A stretch of 64,000 nt of DNA. Source: Methylophilaceae bacterium. GTDB taxonomy: Bacteria > Pseudomonadota > Gammaproteobacteria > Burkholderiales > Methylophilaceae. The notes under the pieces were generated by a model that was given only the letters and a program-made list of their open reading frames with translations, ran no database searches and had not been told where the DNA came from. The stretch covers positions 8,367-72,366 of the forward strand of contig DATBPY010000023.1 in the NCBI GenBank assembly GCA_036561085.1, read 5' to 3'. A program made the position numbers and the translations under genes. Shown here in pieces: positions 32,630 through 42,980 of this stretch (its first letter is position 1; each line of letters begins with the position of its first letter).

Positions 32630-33648
32630 ATCGCTGCCATTTTTGCTGCAAAAGTGAATGCATCGGAGAAAAACTCGTCTTCCGGCAAGCCATTGGCAGT
32701 GAAGTCGCGATGAATAGCTTCTACCATCGCCGGTGCACCGCAGCAATAAACCTGTACTGAACGTAGGTCTATCTTATCTGCCAACACTGCCTGATGTACC
32801 AATCCGGTACGGCCTGTCCAGTCATCTTGAGGCATGGGGTCTGACAGAACCGGAATAAAATCGAAATTATCATGCTCAATCGCCCATTTTTCCGGCAACT
32901 CGGGCATATACAGGTCACGTTTGGCGAGAGCACCCCAATACAGCGTCATCTGGCGCTTGCTGCCAGCATCAAAGGCGTGTTCTATCATGCCTTTGATAGG
33001 AGCGAAGCCGGTACCGCCTGCCACAAAAATGATGGGTTTGTCGCTTTTCTCCCGTAGGTAGAAACTACCTAACGGGCCTTCGATACGTAGGATGGCTTTT
33101 TCCGGCATTTCATGGGTTACATATTCGGTGAATTTTCCGCCCGGAATCAAGCGTGCATGTAACTCCAGCAAATTGTCATGGGATGGCGAATTCGCCAGCG
33201 AATAGGCTCGACGACTACCATCTTTGAGCAGGAATTCCAGATATTGCCCAGCCATGAATTGCAAACGCTCGTTGGCCGGAAGGCGTAAGAATAAAGCCAC
33301 TACATCATGCGCTAACTGAATCTTTTTCTCCACGCGACAAGGCAGGATACGCGGCGGGATCGCTGTATTTTCTAGTTCTCGGCAGGCAATGATGAGATCG
33401 GACGTGGCCTGGGCGCAGCAAAAGAGCGCTTTACCTGCTGCAACGTCTACCACGGTCAAGGCGCTGATAGGCGTATCGCCATATTCTACCGTGCCGGAAA
33501 CCACCTCGCCTTTGCATGAACCGCAACTTCCGTTGCGGCAACCGTAGGGCAGGTTATACCCTGCATTGAGCGCGGCGTTAAGTACGGTTTCGCCTTCAGC
33601 GGCGGTAAAGGTATGGCCGCTGGATTGAATGGTGATGTGGAAAGGCAT
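32626..33648 (-). CDS. 2Fe-2S ferredoxin / FAD / NAD(P)H oxidoreductase (CDP-6-deoxy-delta-3,4-glucoseen reductase-like)
   Basis: Plant-type cluster motif '[11 protein letters not shown]....C', FAD motif 'RAYSLAN' and NAD motif 'GGTGFAP'. The start is either 33648 (MPFHI) or 33660. Confidence 0.8.
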   Translation of the reverse strand: MPFHITIQSSGHTFTAAEGETVLNAALNAGYNLPYGCRNGSCGSCKGEVVSGTVEYGDTPISALTVVDVAAGKALFCCAQATSDLIIACRELENTAIPPRILPCRVEKKIQLAHDVVALFLRLPANERLQFMAGQYLEFLLKDGSRRAYSLANSPSHDNLLELHARLIPGGKFTEYVTHEMPEKAILRIEGPLGSFYLREKSDKPIIFVAGGTGFAPIKGMIEHAFDAGSKRQMTLYWGALAKRDLYMPELPEKWAIEHDNFDFIPVLSDPMPQDDWTGRTGLVHQAVLADKIDLRSVQVYCCGAPAMVEAIHRDFTANGLPEDEFFSDAFTFAAKMAAI

Positions 33649-33729
33649 CGGATTACACAATGCTACGCGAAAACAGCCATTTTATCATAGGCGGATAGGA
33701 GCAATGCCTTACTCACTATGGCGCAAATA

Positions 33730-34104
33730 TCACTCTTCGCGACGCCACTCTCCTTCGATCGCATCATCTGTAGTCATGGGAGCTTTTGATTTGGGCATGG
33801 GGATGAGCAATATGATCAGCGCCAGAACATCGCTGATGACGCCGGGCAAAATCAGTAATATGCCCGCCAGCAAGCGCTTGGCGCTTGTCAGCAGCGCCCA
33901 TATCGGCGACTGTCCGCTTTGGGTAATATGGAATAGCCGCCCGAACACAGCCAGGCGTTCTCCTTGTATCAACGTCCATCCCAAGGCAGCGGAGCATAAC
34001 AGGTAAAAACCGACCCACCAGCCATAATGCTCACCCAGCTTGATTAAAATGAATAATTCGAGAATGGGGAAACCAAGTAAAATAATAAGTATGAATAATC
34101 GCAT
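33730..34104 (-). CDS. fxsA: FxsA family inner-membrane protein
   Basis: 'MRLFILIILLGFPILELFILIKLG' N-terminus is typical of FxsA. The track ORF extension upstream overlaps cutA and was discarded. Confidence 0.75.
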   Translation of the reverse strand: MRLFILIILLGFPILELFILIKLGEHYGWWVGFYLLCSAALGWTLIQGERLAVFGRLFHITQSGQSPIWALLTSAKRLLAGILLILPGVISDVLALIILLIPMPKSKAPMTTDDAIEGEWRREE

Positions 34105-34116
34105 GCAGTGCGCCCG

Positions 34117-34425
34117 ATGAAGCTGGTGATAACCAACATGCCCAATCTTAAGGCCGCCGAACAGTTGGCGCAACAGTTGATTGAGTCGCATGTGGCGGCG
34201 TGTGTCAACATTCTGGCACCCTGCACCTCGATCTATCATTGGGCAGGGAGGGTCGAAAACACGCAAGAGTTTCCCCTGCTGATTAAAACTACCGAAGTAC
34301 GTTACCAAGAAGTTCAGAGCATGATACGGGAGCATCACCCGTACGAACTTCCAGAGATTATCTGTGTCGCAGTAGAGGCTGGTTTGCCGGATTATTTGAA
34401 TTGGGTTGAGAACGAAACGAAATGA
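34117..34425 (+). CDS. cutA: divalent-cation tolerance protein CutA
   Basis: 'AACVNILAPCTSIYHWAGRVE' and 'HPYELPEI'. It precedes dsbD as in E. coli. The start is ATG 34117 or GTG 34108. Confidence 0.85.
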   Translation: MKLVITNMPNLKAAEQLAQQLIESHVAACVNILAPCTSIYHWAGRVENTQEFPLLIKTTEVRYQEVQSMIREHHPYELPEIICVAVEAGLPDYLNWVENETK

Positions 34426-36275
34426 AGAAATTTGTATGGCTGTTACTGCTTTGCATTCTGCCTGCGCAAGCAGGCTTGATATCTGACCGACCTGCTTCGA
34501 ATGAGAAATCGTCGATTGCCGATATTTTCGACGAGAAACGCGGCCAGGACGACTTTCTGTCGCCGGATCAGGCTTTCAAGTTATTAGTGCATGCACAGGA
34601 TGATCAAACGCTCATTGCCGATTTTGAAGTCGCTCCGGGTCATTACCTCTACCAATCGCGCATTTCGTTCACACTCAACGATCCCAAAACCAGTGAGATC
34701 ACCAAAGTCGATCTGCCGAAAGGTGAAATCAAGGACGATCCGAACTTCGGAAAACTGGAGGTCTATCACCACTCATTTCAAGCCAGAATCCTGTTGCATC
34801 ATCCGGGCACTAACCCGCAACACATCATGCTGGCAGCTAGCTATCAGGGATGTAGCGAAAAAGGGTTGTGTTATGCACCGATTAAAAAGACTTTCGATAT
34901 TGATCTGAGCAGTGTCAATAAGAATGGCGCAACCGAATCTGATTCAGAGCCGGATAAGCTAGGGCGCGCCCTAGCGAGCGGTAAATTGTGGCTGGTGGCA
35001 TTGCTGTTTTTTGGCGTGGGCGTTGGACTTTCTTTGACTCCATGCGTATACCCCATGATCCCTATCCTGTCCGGCATCATCGTCAGGCAAAGCGATCACC
35101 CTAGTCGCGCCCATGCTTTTAACCTCTCGCTTGCTTATACCTTGGGCATGGCCATCACCTATGCGTTAGCAGGCATCGCCGCAGGACTCTCTGGGCATCT
35201 GATCAGTAATGCTTTGCAAAACCCATGGGCATTGGGTTTTGGCGCGGTTGTATTCGTTTTTCTGGCACTTTCCATGTTTGATATCTACGAGCTCAGATTG
35301 CCCAGTGCACTGGAAACACGTGTAGCAGAGGCGAGCAATCGTATCAAGGGCGGGCGCTTTATCGGGGTGTTTGCCATGGGAGCGCTATCCGCACTACTCG
35401 TTAGTCCTTGCGTGGCAGCGCCTCTGGCAGGTGCATTGCTTTACATCGGCAAAACTCATGACGTGATACTGGGCGGCATTGCGTTATTTGCCATGGCCAT
35501 GGGGATGGGGATTCCTTTATTGGTATTAGGGCTTTCGGCGGGCAAAGTGTTACCTAAAACAGGTGAGTGGATGACCATAGTGCGCAATCTTTTTGGTGTG
35601 CTGATGCTGGCGATGGCAATCTGGATTATCGTCCCGGTCATTCCCGTCGCCGTGCAGATGGGGTTGTGGGCATTGCTGCTGATAGGCCTATCCATATTCT
35701 TGCATGCAATTGATGCCTTGCCTGCGGCTTCTTCTAATGCTGCAAAGCTTGGCAAAGGGCTGGGTGTGGCCGTGCTGATTACAGGGATAGCGTTGCTGGT
35801 GGGAGCGTTGTCTGGCAGCCGCGATCCGATGCAGCCTTTAGCTGGGATCTTTTCTGCATCCGGCAGCAGCCGGCAAGATACAGTTCCATTCAAGCGCATT
35901 AAAAATCTGGCCGAGCTTGATGAGGCGATCCATGCGGCAAAAGGCCATTATGTGATGCTCGATTTCTACGCCGACTGGTGTGCCTCGTGCAAGGAATATG
36001 AGCGCACGACTTTTGCCGATGTTCGTGTGCGCAAGCAGCTTGAACGGGTGACGCTATTGCAAGCCGATGTCACCAGAGATACGGATGAGGATAGGGCTTT
36101 ATTGTCACGTTTCGGCTTTTATGGTCCGCCTGGAATTGTATTTTTTGATGAGTCAGGGCAGGAGATCACTCCGCTAAAAGTAGCGGGGTACCAAGCGGAA
36201 GAGCAATTCCTAGGTACACTCGCTCGGGTTTTTTCCAGTAAAGGTGGGGTATGTCCAAAACTACAAGAGTGCTGA
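34422..36275 (+). CDS. dsbD: thiol:disulfide interchange protein DsbD
   Basis: N-terminal domain Cys pair 'YQGCSEKGLCYAP', TM cysteines 'TPCVYPMIP' and 'SPCVAAPL', and C-terminal 'WCASCK'. Confidence 0.9.
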   Translation: MKKFVWLLLLCILPAQAGLISDRPASNEKSSIADIFDEKRGQDDFLSPDQAFKLLVHAQDDQTLIADFEVAPGHYLYQSRISFTLNDPKTSEITKVDLPKGEIKDDPNFGKLEVYHHSFQARILLHHPGTNPQHIMLAASYQGCSEKGLCYAPIKKTFDIDLSSVNKNGATESDSEPDKLGRALASGKLWLVALLFFGVGVGLSLTPCVYPMIPILSGIIVRQSDHPSRAHAFNLSLAYTLGMAITYALAGIAAGLSGHLISNALQNPWALGFGAVVFVFLALSMFDIYELRLPSALETRVAEASNRIKGGRFIGVFAMGALSALLVSPCVAAPLAGALLYIGKTHDVILGGIALFAMAMGMGIPLLVLGLSAGKVLPKTGEWMTIVRNLFGVLMLAMAIWIIVPVIPVAVQMGLWALLLIGLSIFLHAIDALPAASSNAAKLGKGLGVAVLITGIALLVGALSGSRDPMQPLAGIFSASGSSRQDTVPFKRIKNLAELDEAIHAAKGHYVMLDFYADWCASCKEYERTTFADVRVRKQLERVTLLQADVTRDTDEDRALLSRFGFYGPPGIVFFDESGQEITPLKVAGYQAEEQFLGTLARVFSSKGGVCPKLQEC

Positions 36276-36766
36276 TCCCTATAGTATTGATTCTCTGCCT
36301 GGTCGCGTTCTTCCTATTCAGATTTTCCGCCGCTAATGCACCAGCTACGACTCAGGCGTTATTCGCTGCCAGTTTCCCCGATGCGCAAAACAAACCGCAA
36401 AGCCTTGCACAATGGCGCGGCAAGGTGATGGTGGTCAACTTCTGGGCGAGTTGGTGTCCGCCCTGCCGCGAGGAAATGCCGGGATTGGATGCTTTGCAAA
36501 CAAAGTATCTATCCAACGGTGTGCAATTCGTCGGTATTTCTGCTGAAGATGTAAATAAGTTAAATCAATTTTCCAAGGAGGTGAAAGTCAGTTATCCTCT
36601 ATTGGCGGGTGACTTTGACGCCATGTCTTTGGCGCAATATCTTGGTAATGACAAAAGCATATTGCCATACACGGTTGTGATTGATAAGGCTGGTAAAATC
36701 GTTAAAATCTGGTTTGGAATAGTTGACGATTCCGAGTTGGAAAAAACCATTGCAGCCTTGATTTGA
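36251..36766 (+). CDS. TlpA-family thiol:disulfide oxidoreductase
   Basis: 'WASWCPPCREEMP'. The start overlaps the dsbD 3' end by 25 nt. Confidence 0.8.
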   Translation: MSKTTRVLIPIVLILCLVAFFLFRFSAANAPATTQALFAASFPDAQNKPQSLAQWRGKVMVVNFWASWCPPCREEMPGLDALQTKYLSNGVQFVGISAEDVNKLNQFSKEVKVSYPLLAGDFDAMSLAQYLGNDKSILPYTVVIDKAGKIVKIWFGIVDDSELEKTIAALI

Positions 36767-36899
36767 ACCACGCTTGAACAACTCGCTGTAATCCGCTGAA
36801 AAGACAGTAACTTCTTTTAATTTCGGCAATTGTGCTGGACAACTACCCCCAATTTGCGGCAAACTCCCATTTCCTCTTTGGGTTAATTCATCACCGACG

Positions 36900-37361
36900 A
36901 TGACGACAAAAAACAGCGCCAAGCGCATTCTTGTGCTTCATGGCCCCAACCTGAATTTGTTGGGGCAACGAGAACCGGAACATTACGGTGCAGATACGCT
37001 GGAAACGATCAATCAGCGTCTTGAAGCCAAAGCAACTGCCGTAAAGGTCACTTTGGAGTGCTTTCAAAGCAATGCGGAAGCCGAATTAGTCACTAAGTTG
37101 CAAGGACTGTTTCAACAACCCGTCGATTTCATCATTATCAATCCAGCCGCTTTTACCCATACTTCCGTTGCGCTTCGCGATGCTTTAGCCGCAGTGAAAA
37201 CCCCATTCGTTGAGGTGCATCTATCCAATGTGCATGCTCGCGAGGCTTTCCGTCACCACTCTTACTTCTCCGATCTGGCAGTAGGTGTGGTTTGTGGTTT
37301 GGGTGCTGCAGGGTACGAATATGCGCTGGATTTTGCCATACACCACATCAATTCTAATTAG
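36900..37361 (+). CDS. aroQ: type II 3-dehydroquinate dehydratase
   Basis: '[21 protein letters not shown]' and '[16 protein letters not shown]'. Confidence 0.95.
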   Translation: MTTKNSAKRILVLHGPNLNLLGQREPEHYGADTLETINQRLEAKATAVKVTLECFQSNAEAELVTKLQGLFQQPVDFIIINPAAFTHTSVALRDALAAVKTPFVEVHLSNVHAREAFRHHSYFSDLAVGVVCGLGAAGYEYALDFAIHHINSN

Positions 37362-37372
37362 GAACATTAACG

Positions 37373-37822
37373 ATGGATTTGAGAAAACTTAAAAAGCTGA
37401 TCGACCTGGTGGAAGAGTCCGGTATTTCAGAACTTGAACTGACCGAAGGCGAAGAAAAGGTGCGCATCAGCCGCCAGCAACAAGGTCAAGGTCAGGTGAT
37501 GCAATATGCACCTTCTTACATGCAGGCTCCACCTCAGATGGCAGCCCCTGCGGCTGCACCGGTAGAGGCAGAGATCGCTGTTGTTGACGGACATGTGATG
37601 AAATCGCCTATGGTAGGTACTTTCTATCGCTCACCTTCCCCGGAAGCCAAGGCTTTTGTGGAAATAGGCGCCAGTGTGAATGTCGGCGATACCTTATGCA
37701 TCATCGAAGCCATGAAACTGCTCAACACCATAGAGGCTGATCATAGCGGCGTAATCAAAGCTATTCTGGTAGAAAATGGGCATCCGGTAGAGTACGGTGA
37801 GCCACTTTTCATTATCGGCTAA
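37373..37822 (+). CDS. accB: acetyl-CoA carboxylase biotin carboxyl carrier protein
   Basis: Biotinylation motif '[10 protein letters not shown]'. Confidence 0.95.
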   Translation: MDLRKLKKLIDLVEESGISELELTEGEEKVRISRQQQGQGQVMQYAPSYMQAPPQMAAPAAAPVEAEIAVVDGHVMKSPMVGTFYRSPSPEAKAFVEIGASVNVGDTLCIIEAMKLLNTIEADHSGVIKAILVENGHPVEYGEPLFIIG

Positions 37823-37833
37823 CAGGGCACCCC

Positions 37834-39180
37834 ATGTTTGAAAAAATATTAATCGCTAATCGCGGTGAAATTGCTCTCAGAATCCAGCGCGCTTGTCGCG
37901 AACTAGGCATCAAGACTGTATGTGTTTATTCGGAAGCCGATCGTGAAGCCAAGTACGTCAAGTTGGCGGATGAGTCGGTGTGCATAGGCCCGGCTTCTTC
38001 CAGTCAGTCCTACCTGAATGTGCCGGCTGTGATCAGTGCGGCGGAAGTCACCGACGCTGAAGCCATCCATCCTGGCTATGGATTTTTGTCTGAGAACGCA
38101 GATTTTGCAGAGCGGGTAGAGCAAAGCGGTTTTGTTTTTATCGGTCCGCGTGCTGAAACCATCCGCCTGATGGGCGACAAGGTCAGCGCCAAAGAAGCGA
38201 TGAAGAAAGCCGGTGTGCCGTGTGTGCCAGGCTCGGACGGCGCATTGCCGGAAGATCCGGAGGAAGTGCTGCGCATGGGACGCGAGACCGGTTATCCCGT
38301 CATTATCAAGGCAGCAGGCGGCGGCGGCGGACGCGGAATGCGCGTGGTGCATGAAGAGTCTGCCCTACTGGCATCGGTGGAAATGACCAAAGCGGAAGCC
38401 CAAGCAGCATTCGGCAATCCCGTGGTGTATATGGAAAAATTCCTACTACAGCCGCGCCACATAGAGATCCAGGTATTGGCCGATCAACACGGCAACGCGG
38501 TGTATCTGGGCGAGCGCGATTGCTCCATGCAACGCCGGCACCAAAAGATCATCGAAGAAGCGCCTGCACCGGGCGTGCCGCGCAAACTGATCGAAAAGGT
38601 GGGTGAACGTTGCGCCGAGGCATGCCGTACCATAGGCTATCGCGGTGCCGGAACGTTCGAGTTCCTGTACGAAAACAATGAATTCTATTTTATCGAGATG
38701 AATACCCGTGTGCAGGTAGAACATCCTGTGACTGAGCAGATCAGTGGTATCGATATTGTGCAGATGCAACTAAGGGTAGCCGCGGGAGAAAAACTGCCGT
38801 TCACCCAAAAAGACATCAAACTGCACGGCCATGCCATTGAGTGCCGTATCAATGCCGAAGATCCGCACAACTTCATGCCTTCACCAGGACGTTTGACGGC
38901 TTTTCACATGCCGGGAGGCCCCGGCATACGTGTGGATACCCATGCCTACCATGGTTATATGGTACCGCCGCATTACGACTCCATGATAGGCAAGCTGATC
39001 GCTTATGGCGACACGCGCGAACAGGCGATAGCCCGTATGCGGATCGCATTGTCGGAAATGGTGGTAGAAGGTATCAAGACCAATATTCCCCTGCATATCG
39101 AGTTGATGCATGATGAGGCATTCCAGAAGGGTGGCACCAGTATTCACTATCTGGAACATAAGCTAGGTATTCATTTCTAA
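37834..39180 (+). CDS. accC: acetyl-CoA carboxylase biotin carboxylase subunit
   Basis: '[14 protein letters not shown]' and ATP-grasp '[10 protein letters not shown]'. Confidence 0.95.
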   Translation: MFEKILIANRGEIALRIQRACRELGIKTVCVYSEADREAKYVKLADESVCIGPASSSQSYLNVPAVISAAEVTDAEAIHPGYGFLSENADFAERVEQSGFVFIGPRAETIRLMGDKVSAKEAMKKAGVPCVPGSDGALPEDPEEVLRMGRETGYPVIIKAAGGGGGRGMRVVHEESALLASVEMTKAEAQAAFGNPVVYMEKFLLQPRHIEIQVLADQHGNAVYLGERDCSMQRRHQKIIEEAPAPGVPRKLIEKVGERCAEACRTIGYRGAGTFEFLYENNEFYFIEMNTRVQVEHPVTEQISGIDIVQMQLRVAAGEKLPFTQKDIKLHGHAIECRINAEDPHNFMPSPGRLTAFHMPGGPGIRVDTHAYHGYMVPPHYDSMIGKLIAYGDTREQAIARMRIALSEMVVEGIKTNIPLHIELMHDEAFQKGGTSIHYLEHKLGIHF

Positions 39181-39223
39181 AAGATGAATCCTCTTAAGTG
39201 GACTTCATTTTTGGATATTTAGT

Positions 39224-40111
39224 ATGAGTTGGCAGTCGCTGAAGATACAAGCCAACGCAACGATCGCCGAAGCCTTAAGTGATGCCCTGACAGGCTTGGG
39301 TGCTTTGTCGGTCAGTATCGAAGACGCGGATGCAGAGTCGGCGCATGAAACGCCGATCTTTGGCGAGCCTGGCATGCAAGAAGCTACGTTGTGGCATCAC
39401 AACATGGTGAGTGCATTGTTCGATCAGGATGCCGATCTGTTGTCTATCGTCCACCAAGCCGCTGCTGAAATCGGCCTGGAATCCTTACCTTATACCATTG
39501 AAGACGTTCCCGAACAGAATTGGGTGCTGACGACGCAAGCGCAGTTCGCACCGATACAGATCCGTGAGAACTTATGGATAGTCCCTACTTGGCATGACGT
39601 GCCGCAACCTGACAGTATCAATATCATTCTTGATCCTGGCATGGCTTTCGGTACCGGTAGTCACCCCACCACACATCTATGTTTGTCCTGGCTAGTTGAT
39701 AACGTAACAACCGGCGATAGCGTATGCGATTACGGATGCGGTTCCGGCATCCTGGCGATCGCAGCCAAAAAACTGGGCGCCGGAAATGTAGTAGGGACTG
39801 ATATAGATGAGCAAGCTATCCTTGCCAGTCGTCAGAACGCCCAGCAAAATACGGTTGAAGTGAGTTTTTATTCGGCAGATGACATACCGGTCCTGCAGGT
39901 GGATATCGTCGTCGCCAATATTCTCTCTTTGCCATTAAAATTACTCGCGCCTGCGTTGGCCGGGGCATGCCGGATAGGCGGAAAGATCGCGTTATCGGGC
40001 ATACTCAGAGAACAGGCGAGTGAAATATCCGCGATATATGCGGAATGGTTTGCAATGAACCCCCCGGTTTTCATGGAAAATTGGGTATTGCTGAATGGAG
40101 TCAAACGTTGA
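39224..40111 (+). CDS. prmA: ribosomal protein L11 methyltransferase
   Basis: 'DPGMAFGTGSHPTT' and the SAM motif 'DYGCGSGILA'. Confidence 0.9.
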   Translation: MSWQSLKIQANATIAEALSDALTGLGALSVSIEDADAESAHETPIFGEPGMQEATLWHHNMVSALFDQDADLLSIVHQAAAEIGLESLPYTIEDVPEQNWVLTTQAQFAPIQIRENLWIVPTWHDVPQPDSINIILDPGMAFGTGSHPTTHLCLSWLVDNVTTGDSVCDYGCGSGILAIAAKKLGAGNVVGTDIDEQAILASRQNAQQNTVEVSFYSADDIPVLQVDIVVANILSLPLKLLAPALAGACRIGGKIALSGILREQASEISAIYAEWFAMNPPVFMENWVLLNGVKR

Positions 40112-40947
40112 GCCTAGTCACCACCTGCCCGGCTTGCGGCACCATGTTCAAGGTACAGCGGGATCAGTTGGCCGCCGGCACCGGCGAGGGGCGTTGCAGC
40201 GTATGCCAGCATGTGTTCAATGCTTTCGAACACCAATCTGAAATCCCTGATGACGCAGTAGAAAACGTCTCGCCTGCTCCCCAGGCGCAATCATTTGAAA
40301 CTCCACCAGCAGTATCGGAAGCTGAATCGATAGTTCCTGAAGCTCCGCTAGTAATTGAGGCAGAAATGCCTGCCCCGCTTTTCACCACGCCGCCGACATT
40401 GCCTGAAAACTTATTCAAGCGCCGCCGCTTTGTCTGGCCGGCAGCTTTGAAGACATTGACTGCGGTGATGGTGTTGCTGGCGATCGCAGTCGTGCAAAGT
40501 GCATTTCATTATCGCACGCACGTCATTGAGAAGCTTCCGCGCAGCTATCCGGTTTTTGCTGCGGTATGCCAGTTATTCGGTTGTAGTGTCGCGTTGCCGC
40601 ATCAGGCCGCACTGGTCAACATCGAGGATCATCGCCTGTTGAGCGACCCATTGCACGACGACGTGCTGATATTGGAAAGCACCTTGGATAATCGCGCCGA
40701 ATTCCCTCAAGTCTATCCCTTGATCGAACTCACGCTGATGGATGCGAATAATCAGGCAGTGGCGACGCGCACGTTTAGACCGCAAGAATACCTGCCCAAC
40801 AATCTTAATATTGCTTCAGGCCTCGCAGCACATGCTACGGTACCGATACGCTTGACGCTGGGCGTAGCCGGTATCAAATCGAGCAGTTATCAACTCCTCA
40901 CTAAAGACGAGGCACCTCCTGCCCCGGTAGTCGACACTAGTAGTTGA
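40108..40947 (+). CDS. zinc-ribbon (MJ0042-type) / DUF3426-like membrane protein
   Basis: 'TTCPACGTMFKV....GRCSVCQHVFNA' zinc ribbon, one TM helix and a C-terminal beta domain. TTG at 40108 overlaps the prmA stop. Confidence 0.65.
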   Translation: MSLVTTCPACGTMFKVQRDQLAAGTGEGRCSVCQHVFNAFEHQSEIPDDAVENVSPAPQAQSFETPPAVSEAESIVPEAPLVIEAEMPAPLFTTPPTLPENLFKRRRFVWPAALKTLTAVMVLLAIAVVQSAFHYRTHVIEKLPRSYPVFAAVCQLFGCSVALPHQAALVNIEDHRLLSDPLHDDVLILESTLDNRAEFPQVYPLIELTLMDANNQAVATRTFRPQEYLPNNLNIASGLAAHATVPIRLTLGVAGIKSSSYQLLTKDEAPPAPVVDTSS

Positions 40948-41042
40948 TACAGATTAAGATTGCGTTCGTTGCCGTTTTCGCGGATAATCGCGCGCTTTAT
41001 TGCAATCGTCATTGCATGTCAGCCTTGTAAGGAGTGTTGAAA

Positions 41043-41243
41043 ATGAAGCCAGAAACCCATCCAGATTACGAAGAAATCAATGTTGCCTGCAGCTGCGGCA
41101 ACAAGTTCAAGACCCGTTCTACAGCCGGTCACGATCTGAATATCGAAGTATGCTCGCAATGCCATCCGTTTTACACCGGTAAGCAGAAGATCGTGGATAC
41201 CGCAGGTCGTGTTGAGAAATTCCGTCAAAAATACAGCATGTAA
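41043..41243 (+). CDS. rpmE: 50S ribosomal protein L31 (Cys-containing type A)
   Basis: 'MKPETHPDY', 'CSCGN' and '[12 protein letters not shown]'. An AAGGAG sequence lies 9 nt upstream of the ATG at 41043. Confidence 0.9.
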   Translation: MKPETHPDYEEINVACSCGNKFKTRSTAGHDLNIEVCSQCHPFYTGKQKIVDTAGRVEKFRQKYSM

Positions 41244-41256
41244 TTGTTGTTGATAC

Positions 41257-41287
41257 AAAAAAGGCAGCCTAGGCTGCCTTTTTTATT
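41257..41287 (+). terminator. Rho-independent terminator after rpmE
   Basis: Perfect 20-nt palindrome AAGGCAGCCTAGGCTGCCTT followed by TTTTTAT. Confidence 0.85.
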
Positions 41288-41339
41288 TGCTAGAATGAAT
41301 AGCATTTAATAATCAAAAAGCCTTAATCAAACAAATCCT

Positions 41340-42980
41340 ATGTCGCCCGGACTAGATCACGATTGGCATTCCGTATTTGCCACCCCTAAGCCCAATGTCG
41401 GCGAGCGTACCAAAATACGTTTGCTCATCATATTGTGTACGCTATGGCTACTCTTCGGTTTAGTCGGGCATATGCCGTGGAAGCCCGACGAGCTTCAAAG
41501 CATCAGCATCATCAAGCATCTGCTCAACGGTGGCGATTGGCTTATTCCGATGATGGCGGGAGATGCGTTTCTAAAGAATCCGCCCCTGTATTATCTTTCT
41601 GCAGCCCTTTCCGCCAAATTATTTTCACCGTTGTTTGGCATGCATGATGCGGCAAGGTTAGTCAGCGGCATATGGATGACGTTGACCTTGTTATTTGTGG
41701 GCATGACAGGGCGTGAGCTTTGGGGAACTGGTTCCGGACGGCAAGCGACCCTGATCTTTATCAGTTCCATAGGGATGGTGTTTTCCGCGCACATGATCAG
41801 TCCCGAGGTGGCCGGGCTGATGTCATATGCGATGGTGTTCTACGGTTTGGCGCTGGCTCCCCGGCGACCATTACGAGCCGGATTGATCCTTGGTTTGGGG
41901 GTCGGTATCGGATTTCTTGCCAAGGGTTTGCTTAATCTTGAAGTCATGTTGACCACGGCATTGATGCTGCCCTTGTTGTCCAATCATTGGCGGCGTACAT
42001 CGTATGCGCAAACCTTGGGCATCATGGTGATAGTCGCTGCGCCATGGATCGCGCCATGGCTGATCCTGCTGCATCAAAAATCTCCGGATTTATTCAATAC
42101 CTGGCTGACCGACAGCCGGGCGATTGCCAACCATACCGGTTACGTCGTCAAAGGACTGGCATGGTATGCCTGGCCTGCGCTTCCTCTCGCCTTATGGACT
42201 TTATGGAGCATGCGTCCCAACCATAGTTCGGTACAGATATCGCTATTATTCTTTCTGGTGCAATTCGCGATTCTAGGTACCGGCATCAATAATAACGACG
42301 TCTATCTGTTACCGTTCTTGTTGCCGTTGACCCTGTTGGCCACTCCCGCCATCGATAAATTACAACGTAGTTTTGCCAGTATTCTCAGCTGGTTCGGCGT
42401 GATGTTGTTCGGCGCATTGGCTGTCTTCGTATGGACTGGTTGGGTGGCGATGACGATGGGCGTGCCGACGAAGCTGGCTGGACGTGCACATATATTGTCC
42501 AGCAGTTATGTGCCGCACTTCAATTTTGTAGCTATCGCATTGGCAATCGCAATGACATTGCTGTGGGCGGCGGTGGTCTTCAAAAGCCACCGCTCGAACC
42601 GTGCAGCTGTCACCGATTGGGCGGTAGGCATGACCATGGCCTGGGCGCTGGTGATGACTTTATGGCTGCCCTGGCTGGACGCTGCCAAAAGTTATCAACC
42701 GGTATTTGCGTCCATGCAAAAAACCCTTCCCAAGCAATTCGGTTGCATCATTAGTCGAGACGTAGGGCCATCGCAGCGCGCAGCTATCGATTACTACATT
42801 AACCTGAAAGTACAGCGTTTCGAACTGATGCAAAATCTGCGCGCCTGTGATTTGTATCTGATCCAGGATGAGCGTGATCAGCAGAAGATAGATCCCGGTA
42901 GCGACTGGAAACTGATCTGGCAAGGTAAACGCTCTAGCGATAGACATGAGAGCTTCAGATTGTTCCAGTACCTGAATTAA
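41340..42980 (+). CDS. GT39/ArnT-like (PMT_2) membrane glycosyltransferase
   Basis: 546 aa and polytopic. The N-terminal loop '[38 protein letters not shown]' resembles the ArnT/PMT family. Confidence 0.65.
   Translation: MSPGLDHDWHSVFATPKPNVGERTKIRLLIILCTLWLLFGLVGHMPWKPDELQSISIIKHLLNGGDWLIPMMAGDAFLKNPPLYYLSAALSAKLFSPLFGMHDAARLVSGIWMTLTLLFVGMTGRELWGTGSGRQATLIFISSIGMVFSAHMISPEVAGLMSYAMVFYGLALAPRRPLRAGLILGLGVGIGFLAKGLLNLEVMLTTALMLPLLSNHWRRTSYAQTLGIMVIVAAPWIAPWLILLHQKSPDLFNTWLTDSRAIANHTGYVVKGLAWYAWPALPLALWTLWSMRPNHSSVQISLLFFLVQFAILGTGINNNDVYLLPFLLPLTLLATPAIDKLQRSFASILSWFGVMLFGALAVFVWTGWVAMTMGVPTKLAGRAHILSSSYVPHFNFVAIALAIAMTLLWAAVVFKSHRSNRAAVTDWAVGMTMAWALVMTLWLPWLDAAKSYQPVFASMQKTLPKQFGCIISRDVGPSQRAAIDYYINLKVQRFELMQNLRACDLYLIQDERDQQKIDPGSDWKLIWQGKRSSDRHESFRLFQYLN

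Noticed and set aside
42977-42980. 4-nt convergent stop-codon overlaps (GT39/trhO here, and argH/hemW at 1419-1422)
   Set aside because: This is common in compact genomes and is noted only as context, not as a separate signal.
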